DNA of 63,859 nt from Candidatus Ventrenecus stercoripullorum (lineage in GTDB: Bacteria; Bacillota_I; Bacilli_A; RF39; UBA660): NCBI GenBank assembly GCA_018712835.1, contig DVGF01000038.1:1-63859 (forward strand). Direction: 5' to 3'. The first letter of the stretch is position 1, and each line of letters begins with the position of its first letter. This document shows positions 17,085-27,376 of this stretch, piece after piece. The position numbers were made by a program, and so were the translations under genes. The notes beneath the pieces were generated by a model. It did no database searches, was not told the origin of the DNA, and was given only the letters and a program-made list of their open reading frames with translations.

Positions 17085-18083
17085 ATGAAAAAAATGAAGT
17101 ATATATTAAAAAGATTAAAAAATTTGGAGTGGCGTCAATTTATAGATGTAGTAAAAAAGATAGCCAAAAAGACAAATCGCTCAAAAATCGTGATTTTCTT
17201 TGACTGTATTTGGTGTGGTTTTCGTTATGGGGCAGGCTACATGGATTATTTTGAATTTGAATTCTATTTACTAAAAGGAAAAGAAAGAAAAACATATCTA
17301 ACTTCTACTATTAATAACAAAATAATCGCAAAATATAATGACAAACAATATACCAAAGTATTTAAAGATAAAATTCTATTTAACCAAACATTCAAAGAAT
17401 ACATACACAGAGACTTTATAGATTTGCAAAAATCTTCTTTTGAAGAATTCCAAACATTCTTGAAAGGGAAAGAAAAAATAATTGGTAAAGTAATTGATGA
17501 ATGTGGTGGTAAAGGAATTAAAATTTATGAACAAAAAGACTATAAAGCAGAAGAATTATACCAAGAGCTAAGAAAAAATAAACAATACTTAGTAGAAGAA
17601 TGCATTACCCAACATGAAAAAATGAATTCCTTATATGCCAAAAGCGTAAACTCTTTAAGAATGATCAGTTTTATTCGTGATGATGGTGAAGTAGAAATAC
17701 TAAATATAGTTTTAAGAATAGGAAATGGCGGCGAAGTAGATAACTTCAGTAGTGGTGGAATGTACACGTTTGTTGGATTAGACGGGAAAGTATTAATCCC
17801 GGCAATAGATGAAAAAGGACATATCTATGAATATCATCCCATTAGCAATACAAAAATTTCAGGGTTCCAAATACCTGATTTTGAAACAGTAATAAAATAT
17901 GTAAAAGTCTTAGCCAAAGTAGAACCACATGTAAGGTATGTAGGATGGGATATTGCAGTTACAAAAGATGGTGTAGATGTGATTGAAGGAAACGAATATT
18001 CTGGAGTCTTCCAAATGAAACCAAGCATTAGTCACAAAAAAGAAGGATTACTTCCACTTTACAAAAAATACATGGATATTTAA
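17085..18083 (+). CDS. Sugar-transfer-associated ATP-grasp family protein
   Basis: N-terminus ILKRLKNLEWRQFIDVVKKIAKK..IFFDCIWCGFRYGAGYMDYFEFEFY, then VEECITQHEKM, NFSSGG and DVIEGN. The start is uncertain (17058, 17085 or 17094). Confidence 0.7.
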   Translation: MKKMKYILKRLKNLEWRQFIDVVKKIAKKTNRSKIVIFFDCIWCGFRYGAGYMDYFEFEFYLLKGKERKTYLTSTINNKIIAKYNDKQYTKVFKDKILFNQTFKEYIHRDFIDLQKSSFEEFQTFLKGKEKIIGKVIDECGGKGIKIYEQKDYKAEELYQELRKNKQYLVEECITQHEKMNSLYAKSVNSLRMISFIRDDGEVEILNIVLRIGNGGEVDNFSSGGMYTFVGLDGKVLIPAIDEKGHIYEYHPISNTKISGFQIPDFETVIKYVKVLAKVEPHVRYVGWDIAVTKDGVDVIEGNEYSGVFQMKPSISHKKEGLLPLYKKYMDI

Positions 18084-18137
18084 AAAATCTATGTATTTTT
18101 AATTTAGCGGAGTATAATAAAAGAGGAGAGTGATAAA

Positions 18138-18608
18138 TTGAAAACGGCAATTATTTACTATTCTTATGGAAATAACACAAGAAGTATCGCCCGAAAAATA
18201 AAAGAAAATATCGATGCAGATTTATACGAGATTGAGCCAGAAATACCGTACACAAAAGACTATAATGCCTTAGTGGATATGGAAGAAGAAAAAATGGACC
18301 AACAAGAAATCGTGCCAATAAAAAAAATGAATATAGATTGGAATAACTACGATAAAGTGATTTTAGGAACATCAGTTTGGTGGTATGCCATTACTCCTCC
18401 AATGAGGTCATTTTTAGAAAAAAACAAAGAAGAATTAAATAAAAAAACTTGTAGAGCATTTATTACAAATGGTGGATGGATAGGACACTCTAAAGAAGAC
18501 ATAGAAAACTATGTTCCTTTAAAAAACTATGTGAATTTAGAATTTGATGAAAACACAATTCGTAGAAATTCTCAAATAGAACTAGAAAATTGGATAAAAA
18601 GTTTATAG
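18138..18608 (+). CDS. Flavodoxin-family protein
   Basis: TTG start after AAGAGGAGAG. Reads KTAIIYYSYGNNTRSIARKI...ILGTSVWWYAITPPMRSFL. Confidence 0.75.
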   Translation: MKTAIIYYSYGNNTRSIARKIKENIDADLYEIEPEIPYTKDYNALVDMEEEKMDQQEIVPIKKMNIDWNNYDKVILGTSVWWYAITPPMRSFLEKNKEELNKKTCRAFITNGGWIGHSKEDIENYVPLKNYVNLEFDENTIRRNSQIELENWIKSL

Positions 18609-18749
18609 AAGATATAGAAAGAAAAACTATATCTTTTTTTATTTTAAAATTACAATTGTTAAGAAAACGGGCGAAAGTTCCAAGTAAAAAAGGTGGAATA
18701 TCACGCAAAGAAAATTTAAAATAAAGATAGAAAGGAGGGTAGGAATTAT

Positions 18750-19292
18750 ATGGGAAATAAAATATTGGAATTAAGAAAACAAAATCATATGTCTCAAGAA
18801 CAATTGGCAGAAAAAATAGGTGTTGCAAGACAAACTATAAGCAAATGGGAACTCGGAGAAACTTCGCCGGATATAGAACAATCAAAAAAATTAGCTCAAA
18901 TATTTCAAGTGAGTTTAGATGAATTAGTGCAAAATGATATAGTATCCAAAAATAATAATAAAATCATATCTACAAAATGGATATTGAACATATTAAAAAT
19001 AATACTGTTAATCATCGTAATTTGCCTTCTTGTACTAGTGGCAATTATATGTTTTAAAGATTACTTCGATGCCCATCCGATTTCAACAGGCAAGAGTATT
19101 ACGTGTCAAATTGATAATCAAGAGTATACTTATGAAGTATGGACAAAATATGAGACTCCAAATATTATCGAAAACTTTTATACAAATGATGAAGAAATAA
19201 ACCTAGATATTACTAGATATAATAGTATAGATAAGATGTTAGAAGATGTAGAAAACTCGGTAATATCGCGTGGTGGAACATGTATACAATAG
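18750..19292 (+). CDS. XRE-family HTH regulator with a C-terminal transmembrane/extracellular part
   Basis: LRKQNHMSQEQLAEKIGVARQTISKWELGETSPD, followed by the TM helix ILKIILLIIVICLLVLVAII. Confidence 0.8.
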   Translation: MGNKILELRKQNHMSQEQLAEKIGVARQTISKWELGETSPDIEQSKKLAQIFQVSLDELVQNDIVSKNNNKIISTKWILNILKIILLIIVICLLVLVAIICFKDYFDAHPISTGKSITCQIDNQEYTYEVWTKYETPNIIENFYTNDEEINLDITRYNSIDKMLEDVENSVISRGGTCIQ

Positions 19293-19352
19293 GAAGCGAA
19301 AGTTAGCACAATTTGTTAATTTTTAAAATTTATCCAAGGGAGTTGCAAGACA

Positions 19353-19379
19353 TAAAAAAATCTCATTATAAAATGAGAT
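19353..19379 (-). terminator. Terminator downstream of the minus-strand tRNA pair
   Basis: Stem ATCTCATT/AATGAGAT (19360-19379), followed on the minus strand by a T-run. Confidence 0.55.
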
Positions 19380-19396
19380 GTATTGTTAAATAAAAA

Positions 19397-19473
19397 TGGT
19401 CGAGAAGACAGGATTTGAACCTGCAACCCCTTGGTCCCAAACCAAGTGCACTACCAAATTGTGCTACTTCTCG
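19397..19473 (-). tRNA. tRNA-Pro(UGG)
   Basis: The reverse complement reads CGAGAAG...CTTGG-TTTGGGA-CCAAG...CTTCTCG-ACCA. Confidence 0.95.
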
Positions 19474-19524
19474 ATTTCCTATAAGTATTATACTCCAAAA
19501 AAATGAAAATGTGAATAATAAAAA

Positions 19525-19601
19525 TGGTGCACCCAAAGGGAGTCGAACCCCTAACCTTTAGATCCGTAGTCTAACGCTCTATCCAATTGCGCTATGGGTG
19601 C
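19525..19601 (-). tRNA. tRNA-Arg(ACG)
   Basis: The reverse complement reads GCACCCA...TTAGA-CTACGGA-TCTAA...TGGGTGC-ACCA. Confidence 0.93.
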
Positions 19602-19620
19602 ATTTCTTTGTTGCATTATG

Positions 19621-19649
19621 ATTATATAATAAGAAAAAGGAAAAAGCAA
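19621..19649 (-). promoter_or_regulatory. Promoter of the tRNA-Arg/tRNA-Pro unit
   Basis: On the minus strand: TTGCTT (19649-19644), 17-nt spacer, TATAAT (19626-19621). Confidence 0.5.
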
Positions 19650-19746
19650 GTATAAATTTCATTTAGAAAATATTTATAGTGCTATTTTTCTTTTGTATTT
19701 TTGCGTAATTTATTGTATACTAATTTTAGAATTGAGGGTTGCTAGT

Positions 19747-22095
19747 ATGACAAAAGTTTTAAATGAGAAAGAATTAAAAGCAATAGATGGATATTTTAGA
19801 GCAGTAAATTATGTATCTGCGGCATCATTGTATCTAAAGGATAATGTTTTATTAAAAAGACCTTTAAAGTTTGAAGATGTCAAATCCAAACTAATTGGTC
19901 ACTGGGGAAGTGCTCCCGGTCAAAATTTTATTTATACGCACTGTGACCGTATCATCAAAAAATATCATTTAAATATGATGTGGATAAGCGGTCCTGGTCA
20001 CTCTGGCCAAGCAACAATGAGTAACACATATTTTGAAGGAAGCTATGGCTACCGTTATCCAGAATTTACCCAAGATGAAAAAGGCCTAACAAAATTCATG
20101 AAACATTTTAGCTTCCCAGGCGGAACATCTAGCCATGTCGCTCCAGAAGTTCCAGGAAGTATTCATGAAGGGGGAGAATTAGGTTATAGCTTAAGCCATG
20201 CTTTTGGTGCTGTCTTAGATAATCCAGATTTATTTGTAACAGTAGTAATCGGCGATGGCGAAGCAGAAACCGGTCCTTTAGCCACCAGTTGGCATGGCAA
20301 CAAATTCCTAAATCCAAAAACAGATGGCGCTGTCATTCCTGTTCTACATTTAAATGGCTATAAGATAGCAAATCCAACGATACTTGCTAGAATTAGTCAT
20401 GAAGAATTAGAAAACTTATTAAAAGGTTACGGTTGGACTCCTTACTTTGTAGAAGGAGACAATCCTTTAAAAATGCATGAAAAAATGGCCAAAACAATGG
20501 ATGAAGTAGTAGAAAGAATATTAGAAATCCAAAAACTAGCTCGTGAAGAAAACGTAACAGAACGCCCATTATGGCCTATGATTGTCTTACGCACTCCAAA
20601 AGGTTGGACTGGTCCTAAAAAAATCGATGGCAAACAAATAGAAGGGTCATTTCGTGCTCATCAAGTACCAGTAGAAGTAACAAAAGACCACCCAGAAAGT
20701 TTAACACGTTTAGAAAGCTGGTTAAAAAGCTATCATCCAGAAGAATTATTCGACAAAAACGGAACACTCAAAGACGAATACCGCGAGTTTATTCCAGAAT
20801 TAAGTCATTGTATGGGACAAAATCCTCATGCCAATGGCGGAGAACTACTACAAGATTTAAAAATGCCAGATTTCAAAAAATATGCTGTAAAAGTTCCATA
20901 TCCTGGTAGTGTCGAAAAAGAAGATATGCGAGTATTAGGAACTTTCTTAAAAGATGTAATCAAAGAAAATCAAGAAGCTCGTAGCTTTAGAATTTTTGGC
21001 CCAGATGAAGCCTTATCAAATCGTTTAAATAACGTGTTTGAAGTAACAAAAAGACAATGGGATAATAAAATTTTAGAGACAGATGAATACTTAGCAAACG
21101 ATGGCCGTGTTATGGACTCATTTTTGTCAGAACACATGTGCGAAGGCTGGTTAGAAGGCTATTTACTAACAGGTCGACATGGTCTTTTCCATAGTTATGA
21201 GTCCTTCATGCGAATTGTAGACTCTATGATAAGCCAACATGCAAAATGGATGAAAGTAGCAAGTGAAATCTCTTGGCGAAAACCAATCTCTTCCCTAAAT
21301 CTATTAGTAACAAGTCACTGCTGGCAACAAGACCATAACGGATTTACCCATCAAGATCCAGGTATCATCAATCACGTTATTAGTAAAAAAACTAGCATGT
21401 CTAGAGTATACTTACCATGCGATACGAACACCTTATTATCCGTTGTAAATCACGTATTACAAACCAAAAACTATGTCAATGTCATCGTTGCAAGTAAACA
21501 CCCAAGACCACAATGGCTTTCTATGAACCAAGCAATTCGTCATTGTAAAGCAGGATTAGGTATTTGGGCATTTGCGAGTAACGACATTGATAACAATCCT
21601 GATTTAGTACTTGCTTGTGCAGGAGATACACCAACCCTTGAAGTCATGGCCTCAACAAGCATTTTAAGAAAATACTTACCAAATTTAAAAGTGCGAGTAG
21701 TTAACATTGTCGACTTAATGAAACTAGAAGCAAATCATCCCCATGGTTTAAGCGATACAGAATACAACTACATCTTTACCAAAAACAAACCTATCGTCTT
21801 TGCGTTTCATGGATATCCTAATGTCATTCATGAACTTACATATAAAAGAACGAACCAAAATATGCATGTAAGAGGCTACATCGAAGAAGGAACAATTACC
21901 ACGCCGTTTGACATGCGAGTACAAAACAAAATGGATCGTTTCCATTTAATACTACTAGCATTAGAGTATTTACCACAGTTTGACACGACAGAGCTACGTC
22001 TTTACTGCGAAAACATGCTAGAACGTCATGCTTCATATATTAAAGAATATGGCGTAGATATGAAAGAAATAACTGAGTGGAAGTGGGATTTATAA
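19747..22095 (+). CDS. xfp: Xylulose-5-phosphate/fructose-6-phosphate phosphoketolase
   Basis: GHWGSAPGQNFIYTH, EGGELGYSLSHAFGAVLDNPD, VIGDGEAETGPLATSWH, typical length. The start was moved to the ATG after GAGGG; the track start at 19693 adds a hydrophobic artefact. Confidence 0.9.
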   Translation: MTKVLNEKELKAIDGYFRAVNYVSAASLYLKDNVLLKRPLKFEDVKSKLIGHWGSAPGQNFIYTHCDRIIKKYHLNMMWISGPGHSGQATMSNTYFEGSYGYRYPEFTQDEKGLTKFMKHFSFPGGTSSHVAPEVPGSIHEGGELGYSLSHAFGAVLDNPDLFVTVVIGDGEAETGPLATSWHGNKFLNPKTDGAVIPVLHLNGYKIANPTILARISHEELENLLKGYGWTPYFVEGDNPLKMHEKMAKTMDEVVERILEIQKLAREENVTERPLWPMIVLRTPKGWTGPKKIDGKQIEGSFRAHQVPVEVTKDHPESLTRLESWLKSYHPEELFDKNGTLKDEYREFIPELSHCMGQNPHANGGELLQDLKMPDFKKYAVKVPYPGSVEKEDMRVLGTFLKDVIKENQEARSFRIFGPDEALSNRLNNVFEVTKRQWDNKILETDEYLANDGRVMDSFLSEHMCEGWLEGYLLTGRHGLFHSYESFMRIVDSMISQHAKWMKVASEISWRKPISSLNLLVTSHCWQQDHNGFTHQDPGIINHVISKKTSMSRVYLPCDTNTLLSVVNHVLQTKNYVNVIVASKHPRPQWLSMNQAIRHCKAGLGIWAFASNDIDNNPDLVLACAGDTPTLEVMASTSILRKYLPNLKVRVVNIVDLMKLEANHPHGLSDTEYNYIFTKNKPIVFAFHGYPNVIHELTYKRTNQNMHVRGYIEEGTITTPFDMRVQNKMDRFHLILLALEYLPQFDTTELRLYCENMLERHASYIKEYGVDMKEITEWKWDL

Positions 22096-22161
22096 TTCTG
22101 CTTCTTTTTCATGATTGAATCGCGAACAAATATCTGATAATATAAATCTAGGTGAAGTAAA

Positions 22162-23292
22162 ATGAAAGAAAACTTATTAGAAAAAAATATGCAAAGACAC
22201 AATATTGGATTAAGTAAATACGCTACCAAAGATGAAGATGCCATTCGCATACATCCTGAACAAGAAGACGTCCGTAGTCCATTTTTTCATGACATTGACC
22301 GGATTATTTATTCCTATGCTTACGTAAGATACAGCGATAAGACCCAAGTATTTTCTAAGAAATACAACGACCATATTACAAAACGCATGCTTCATGTCCA
22401 ATACGTGAGTAAAATCGCAAGAACCATTGGTCGGGCCCTAGGACTAAATGAGGATTTAATTGAAGCGGCAAGTCTGGGCCACGATTTAGGCCACGTTCCT
22501 TATGGTCATTATGGAGAAAGCGTATTAAATGAAATAAGTGTAAAAGAACAACAAGGCTATTTCAACCATAACATCGAGTCAGTAAGACTATTAATGGAAA
22601 TCGATAATGCTGGTTTAGGAAGAAATCTTAACCTTCAAGTTTTAGATGCAATTATGTGCCACAATGGCGAATTTGTAATGGGTGAGTACTATCCCAAACA
22701 AAAAACCAAAGAAGAATTTCTAGCTGAGTACCAAAATACCTATCAAGAAAAAGGTGTTGTAAAAGAGTTGGTACCAATGACTCTAGAAGGCTGTGTTGTT
22801 CGTATCAGTGATATCATCGCTTATCTTGGCCGCGACATTGAAGATGCCTGCATGCTAAACCTCATAAAAAAAGAAGATATTCCTGAAAATATTCGTGAGA
22901 TTTTAGGGGTAAAAAATAGAGAAATCGTGAATACTATTATTATGGATATTATAAAAAATAGTTTAGATAAACCATACATTAAACTAAGTGATGACGTATT
23001 TAAAGCCATTGTTGACTTAAAAAAATTTAATAATATACACATATACGAACCTTCCATGACAGAGGAAGAAAGAAAAATAGTCAAAGAAAAATTTTACAAA
23101 GTCTATGAGCATTACTTAAAAGATGTCCAAAACGAAAAGAAAGACTCCAAAATTTATCAAAATTTCTTAAATTTCAAAAAAGACATATATTTTAAAAATA
23201 CAACCGAAGAAAGAAGAGTAATAGACTTTATCGCGGGTATGACCGATGATTACTTTGAAGAGTGCTACAAGTGTACTAGAAATGACGAATAA
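22162..23292 (+). CDS. HD-domain dNTP triphosphohydrolase-like protein (dGTPase family)
   Basis: FFHDIDRIIYSYAYVRYSDKTQV, SLGHDLGHVPYGHYGE, C-terminal DFIAGMTDDY. Confidence 0.8.
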   Translation: MKENLLEKNMQRHNIGLSKYATKDEDAIRIHPEQEDVRSPFFHDIDRIIYSYAYVRYSDKTQVFSKKYNDHITKRMLHVQYVSKIARTIGRALGLNEDLIEAASLGHDLGHVPYGHYGESVLNEISVKEQQGYFNHNIESVRLLMEIDNAGLGRNLNLQVLDAIMCHNGEFVMGEYYPKQKTKEEFLAEYQNTYQEKGVVKELVPMTLEGCVVRISDIIAYLGRDIEDACMLNLIKKEDIPENIREILGVKNREIVNTIIMDIIKNSLDKPYIKLSDDVFKAIVDLKKFNNIHIYEPSMTEEERKIVKEKFYKVYEHYLKDVQNEKKDSKIYQNFLNFKKDIYFKNTTEERRVIDFIAGMTDDYFEECYKCTRNDE

Positions 23293-23320
23293 GGACATAA
23301 TAAGAAAAGAGGGTGAAAAA

Positions 23321-24580
23321 ATGAAGTACAAAAAATATGATTTTGAAAGTTTCCAAATCTTTACAGTCAAAACAGACAAATTTAAAAATGGTTATCTAGA
23401 AATAAATTTCCGCGATGACATTAGAAATGTCAATGCTTGTAGAAGAAATTTCTTAAACCAAGCAATGCTTTACAATTCCAAAAAATATCCGACCAAAAGA
23501 GATATGATTATCGCCTCAGAAGAACTTTATAACATTGGTTTTGGTGGAGGAACTAGCCGTTATGGATACAATATTATCTCAACATTTAATATAGATTTCC
23601 TTGACCCAAAATACATCACAGAAAAAGATTATTTAGAAAAATCCTTAACATTTTTCTTTAACATGATTATGCATCCAAATGTTTCTGATAACATATGGCA
23701 AGAAGAAGCATACGAAGTCGTAAAAGAACGTCTTCATATTCAAATAGAGTCTCCAAAAGAAAAACCAGCTAGCTTTGCAAGAATACAAATTTTAGAAAAA
23801 TTATTTCCTAATTCCTACAGTGGAAAAAGACTTGTCGGTACGCATGAAGAACTAGAAAGCATTACCAGAGAAAATCTCTATGAAGAGTATTTAAATATGC
23901 TTAGAAGTTCTATCTGTGAAATCGTGATCGTTGGCAATCTAGATATGGATGAAGTTGTAAAAATGATTAAGAAAATATTCCATAAATCAGCCATTGTAAA
24001 AAAAGAAATTCCTACAACTATTCAAAATCCTATGACTTCTTATAAAGAAGAAACTGTTCAAAAAAACTATAATCAGACCATTTTAAACATGATTTATCAA
24101 TTAGAGGAATTAACCCCATTTGAACAAAATTTTGTCGTTCCAATCTTTGACCGTATCTTTGGCTATGGAGCATTGAGTGATAAATTAGGTAGATACTTAC
24201 GAGCAGAAAATTCACTGTGCTATGGATATATGACAGATTTTGTATTAAAAGATGCCTATCTTGCCATCACTACGGGACTTACGAAAGAAAATGTTGAACT
24301 AGCCATCGCCTGTATAAAAAAAGCTTACCAAGAAATGCGAGATGGAATATTTACCGAAGAAGAATTAGAAACTGCCAAGAAAAAACATTTATCAGATAGT
24401 GTCTTACAACAAGATAACATATATACCATCGCCGATAAATACTACTATCATGAAGTATTTAACCGAGCATCTTTTGATGAGGTTGAAAGAGAAATTCCTA
24501 AAGTAACAAAGAAAGATTTATGTGCTTTAGCTAAAAAAATGCACTTAACTTATACATTCATAATGGAAGAGGGTGAGTAG
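23321..24580 (+). CDS. M16 (insulinase/pitrilysin) family protein, non-catalytic subunit type
   Basis: M16-like length, with the partner gene abutting its stop codon. The position of HxxEH reads RRNFLNQAML instead. The start is the ATG after GAGGGTGA. Confidence 0.7.
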   Translation: MKYKKYDFESFQIFTVKTDKFKNGYLEINFRDDIRNVNACRRNFLNQAMLYNSKKYPTKRDMIIASEELYNIGFGGGTSRYGYNIISTFNIDFLDPKYITEKDYLEKSLTFFFNMIMHPNVSDNIWQEEAYEVVKERLHIQIESPKEKPASFARIQILEKLFPNSYSGKRLVGTHEELESITRENLYEEYLNMLRSSICEIVIVGNLDMDEVVKMIKKIFHKSAIVKKEIPTTIQNPMTSYKEETVQKNYNQTILNMIYQLEELTPFEQNFVVPIFDRIFGYGALSDKLGRYLRAENSLCYGYMTDFVLKDAYLAITTGLTKENVELAIACIKKAYQEMRDGIFTEEELETAKKKHLSDSVLQQDNIYTIADKYYYHEVFNRASFDEVEREIPKVTKKDLCALAKKMHLTYTFIMEEGE

Positions 24581-25879
24581 ATGAAAGAAATCGTATTAAA
24601 AGGACTAGATGAAAAAATCTATTGTGACGAATGCGAAAATGGTTTAGGAATTTATGTTTGGGTAAATCCTAAAATAAATACCGTAAAGGGTTCACTTACT
24701 TATATAGTAGGAAGTGAAGATGTAGAATTTAAAGTAGGAACTACCAACTTTACTGTCCCATTTGGAACTGCCCATTATTTAGAACATATGATGTGTAAAG
24801 ACGAAAATGGCTCTTATATGCTTAAAAAATTCCAAGAATTAGGTTGCTACAGCAATGCCTCCACGTACGCCTACAAAACAGTTTATGAATTTGTTGGTTC
24901 CGAAAACATCAAAGAAGCGATTAATTTACTATTAGATGTGACACAAGAAAAAGAGTTTTCTTTAGACGCATTTGAAAAAGAAAGAGGCCCTATTCTAGAA
25001 GAAGCAAGACGAAATCTTGATAATGCAAGCCGTGACATCATGATTGAATTAAATAAAAGCTTATTTCACTCTTATCCAAACCGAACGCCTGGAGTAGGAA
25101 CTCTAGAAGATATCCAAAATATTTCTTTAGAAGATTTAAAATTGTTGTATCGATGCTTTTATCACCCAAAAAATAGCTTTATAACAGTCACAGGAAATGT
25201 AAATCCTAGAGAAGTAATTCGTTGGGTAAAAGATAATCAAAATCAAAAAGAATTTCCAAAATACCAAAAACCAGTTCTAAAAAAATATCGAGAACCAAAA
25301 AAAGTAGTTGAAAAATATAAAGAAATTGCAACTACAATCGAAGTTCCTCAAGTATATTTAGTAATAAAAACACCTTTAAAGCCTTTAGAAGAATACGACA
25401 TCAACACCATTTTAAATGGGGTTCAAGTAGTCCTATCTTCAAACTTTGGTACAACGTCTTTACTAAAAGAAGAACTAACCAGCAAAAACCTTGTCACAAC
25501 TTTGGGAGCAATGGCTTGGTTTGAAAAAGATTACTTATTATTGCAAGTCGTATCAAAAACAAAATATCCGGAAGAAGTAATTCCAATACTAAAAGAGAAA
25601 CTATGTCATTTAGAAATCCTTGAAGAAGATATCGAAAGAAAGAAAAAAGGAGAGATAGCAAATTTAGTATTAGGATATGAAGACCCTGAAAGCGTGAATG
25701 ATTTTATCTCTTATAGCATTGCCAAATTCGGTCATATCTGGGACGATGAAAAAGAAAGCTTTGAAAACTTAACCATCCCTAAAGTAAAAAGCATTTTAGG
25801 AAAAGTTTCTACCAAAGAACTGACAATTTTAGTTGCCAAACCAAAAACGCATCAAAAACAAGAAGACACTATGAACTAG
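24581..25879 (+). CDS. M16 family zinc peptidase (catalytic HxxEH present)
   Basis: GTAHYLEHMM inverted zinc motif. Its start codon directly follows the stop of the upstream M16 gene. Confidence 0.8.
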   Translation: MKEIVLKGLDEKIYCDECENGLGIYVWVNPKINTVKGSLTYIVGSEDVEFKVGTTNFTVPFGTAHYLEHMMCKDENGSYMLKKFQELGCYSNASTYAYKTVYEFVGSENIKEAINLLLDVTQEKEFSLDAFEKERGPILEEARRNLDNASRDIMIELNKSLFHSYPNRTPGVGTLEDIQNISLEDLKLLYRCFYHPKNSFITVTGNVNPREVIRWVKDNQNQKEFPKYQKPVLKKYREPKKVVEKYKEIATTIEVPQVYLVIKTPLKPLEEYDINTILNGVQVVLSSNFGTTSLLKEELTSKNLVTTLGAMAWFEKDYLLLQVVSKTKYPEEVIPILKEKLCHLEILEEDIERKKKGEIANLVLGYEDPESVNDFISYSIAKFGHIWDDEKESFENLTIPKVKSILGKVSTKELTILVAKPKTHQKQEDTMN

Positions 25880-25937
25880 TGTTTTCTTTTGCACATTTTT
25901 TGGGTGTTTTGCATAGATTAAACTAGAGGTGAATGAA

Positions 25938-26462
25938 ATGGCAGGTTTTAAAGAAATCGTAACCAAAGCTGTAATTGGGAAAGCCAAAAAAACAAATACA
26001 ATGCACTTTTCTTTTACTCCTGATGAAACAGTAAGCACTATTCTTGGTTGTTGGGTAATTAATCATAACTTTTCTGGTGTAAACCAAAATGGTAAAGTAG
26101 GTGTAAACGGTTCGTTTGACGTCAACGTCTGGTATGCGTATGATAACGATACCAAAACCAAAGTAAATACCAAACGATTTGGCTATAATGAATTACTAAG
26201 TGTTCCACTAAAAGACGAAGCAACATTAACAAACAATTCTGAGATTATCGTAAGAGGCTTAAAACAACCAACCGTGACAAATGTCGGAATTGAAGATGGA
26301 AATATTGCGTTAGATATCGAAAAAGAACTAGGAGTAGAGATTGTTGGAGATACAAAAATCAAAGTGCCAGTAGAAGATGATTTTGATGACTATGAAGAAA
26401 TCATAGATGAAGGAGAAATAGACTCCATCGATGAAGTAAAAGAAGATTATTTAAGCGAATAG
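25938..26462 (+). CDS. cotE: Outer spore coat morphogenetic protein CotE
   Basis: FKEIVTKAVIGKAKK...ILGCWVINHNF...VNVWYAYDNDTKT and an acidic C-terminal tail, collinear with B. subtilis CotE as I recall it. Confidence 0.85.
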   Translation: MAGFKEIVTKAVIGKAKKTNTMHFSFTPDETVSTILGCWVINHNFSGVNQNGKVGVNGSFDVNVWYAYDNDTKTKVNTKRFGYNELLSVPLKDEATLTNNSEIIVRGLKQPTVTNVGIEDGNIALDIEKELGVEIVGDTKIKVPVEDDFDDYEEIIDEGEIDSIDEVKEDYLSE

Positions 26463-26517
26463 AAGTGCGAAAGCATTTCTTTTTTTGTTATAATAATCTA
26501 AGAAAGAAGTGATTTTT

Positions 26518-26898
26518 ATGATGTTAAGTTCCGTTGTAATTGATACCGATGATGTAGCAATGCTCTCTAACTTTTACCAAAACTTGCTTGGTTGGGAGAA
26601 AAAAGTTTATGACCATGGCGAAGATGGTCTTTGGGTAACTTTGAGAAACAAAAAAGAAAGCACAACAAGATTAGTGTTTCAAGAGTTAAAAAACTATCAA
26701 AGGCCAGTTTGGCCAGAAGAAAAAGGTACACAACAGCAAATGATGCACCTAGATTTTTATGTGGATGACTTAGAAGAAAGCATCAAACATGCCCTAGACT
26801 GTGGAGCTGTATTAGCCACATATCAATCAGGTGATTGGAAAGTCTTAATTGACCCATCAGGACACCCGTTTTGCCTTGTTCCAAAAAGAGAAAGGTAG
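26518..26898 (+). CDS. VOC (glyoxalase/bleomycin-resistance) family protein
   Basis: VVIDTDDVAMLSNFYQNLLGWE...HLDFYVDDLEESIKHALDCGA...DPSGHPFCL. Confidence 0.75.
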   Translation: MMLSSVVIDTDDVAMLSNFYQNLLGWEKKVYDHGEDGLWVTLRNKKESTTRLVFQELKNYQRPVWPEEKGTQQQMMHLDFYVDDLEESIKHALDCGAVLATYQSGDWKVLIDPSGHPFCLVPKRER

Positions 26899-26954
26899 CC
26901 TTGAAAAAACAAACCTTATATGCTAAAATAACTCCTACCAAAGGGTGTTTTTAA

Positions 26955-27194
26955 ATGAAACAAAAGAAAAAAAGAACAGCAGAGCAAAAAGCATTGCTTA
27001 GTCTACAACTTGTTTTACTTGCTATTCAAAGTCTAGCTACATTGACTAGTTTTGAATTAAACGGAAAACATAAAAACAATATGGCAATAGAACAATCCGC
27101 TGATGATTTGGAAGAAGAAGCTACCAAAGAAACAGAGCAATTAGAAACCATCAAAGAAAAAATAAATCACGAATTGATGCATCTAATAATATAA
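26955..27194 (+). pseudogene. 5' fragment of a probably frameshifted membrane-anchored zincin-like gene
   Basis: Signal/TM-like N-terminus. The ORF ends just after HELMH. The next frame is open from 27107 and runs into the 27377..28300 ORF. Confidence 0.4.
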
Positions 27195-27376
27195 ATGAAG
27201 AAGAAAAGTCATTAATTTGGAACGAAAATCTAATAGAGAATGTTGTTCCATACTATGAAACTTCTGGATTTGTAGACGATGCTTATACTAGACATACTAA
27301 TATTGATATCACAGGTTTAGAAGGAGAAAAAAGAGCGGAAGACAATCTCGTAGGGTATTACACTTATGATACAAAT

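Noticed and set aside
19693-19746. N-terminal extensions suggested by the ORF track (also 9800-9871, 23246-23320, 28938-28994, 13672-13686, 32511-32519, 60666-60674)
   Set aside because: Each extension lacks an SD sequence and adds non-homologous or hydrophobic junk. An internal start with a good SD reproduces the family N-terminus (for example MCGIVGF for AsnB and MKNGFTLIE for the prepilin).
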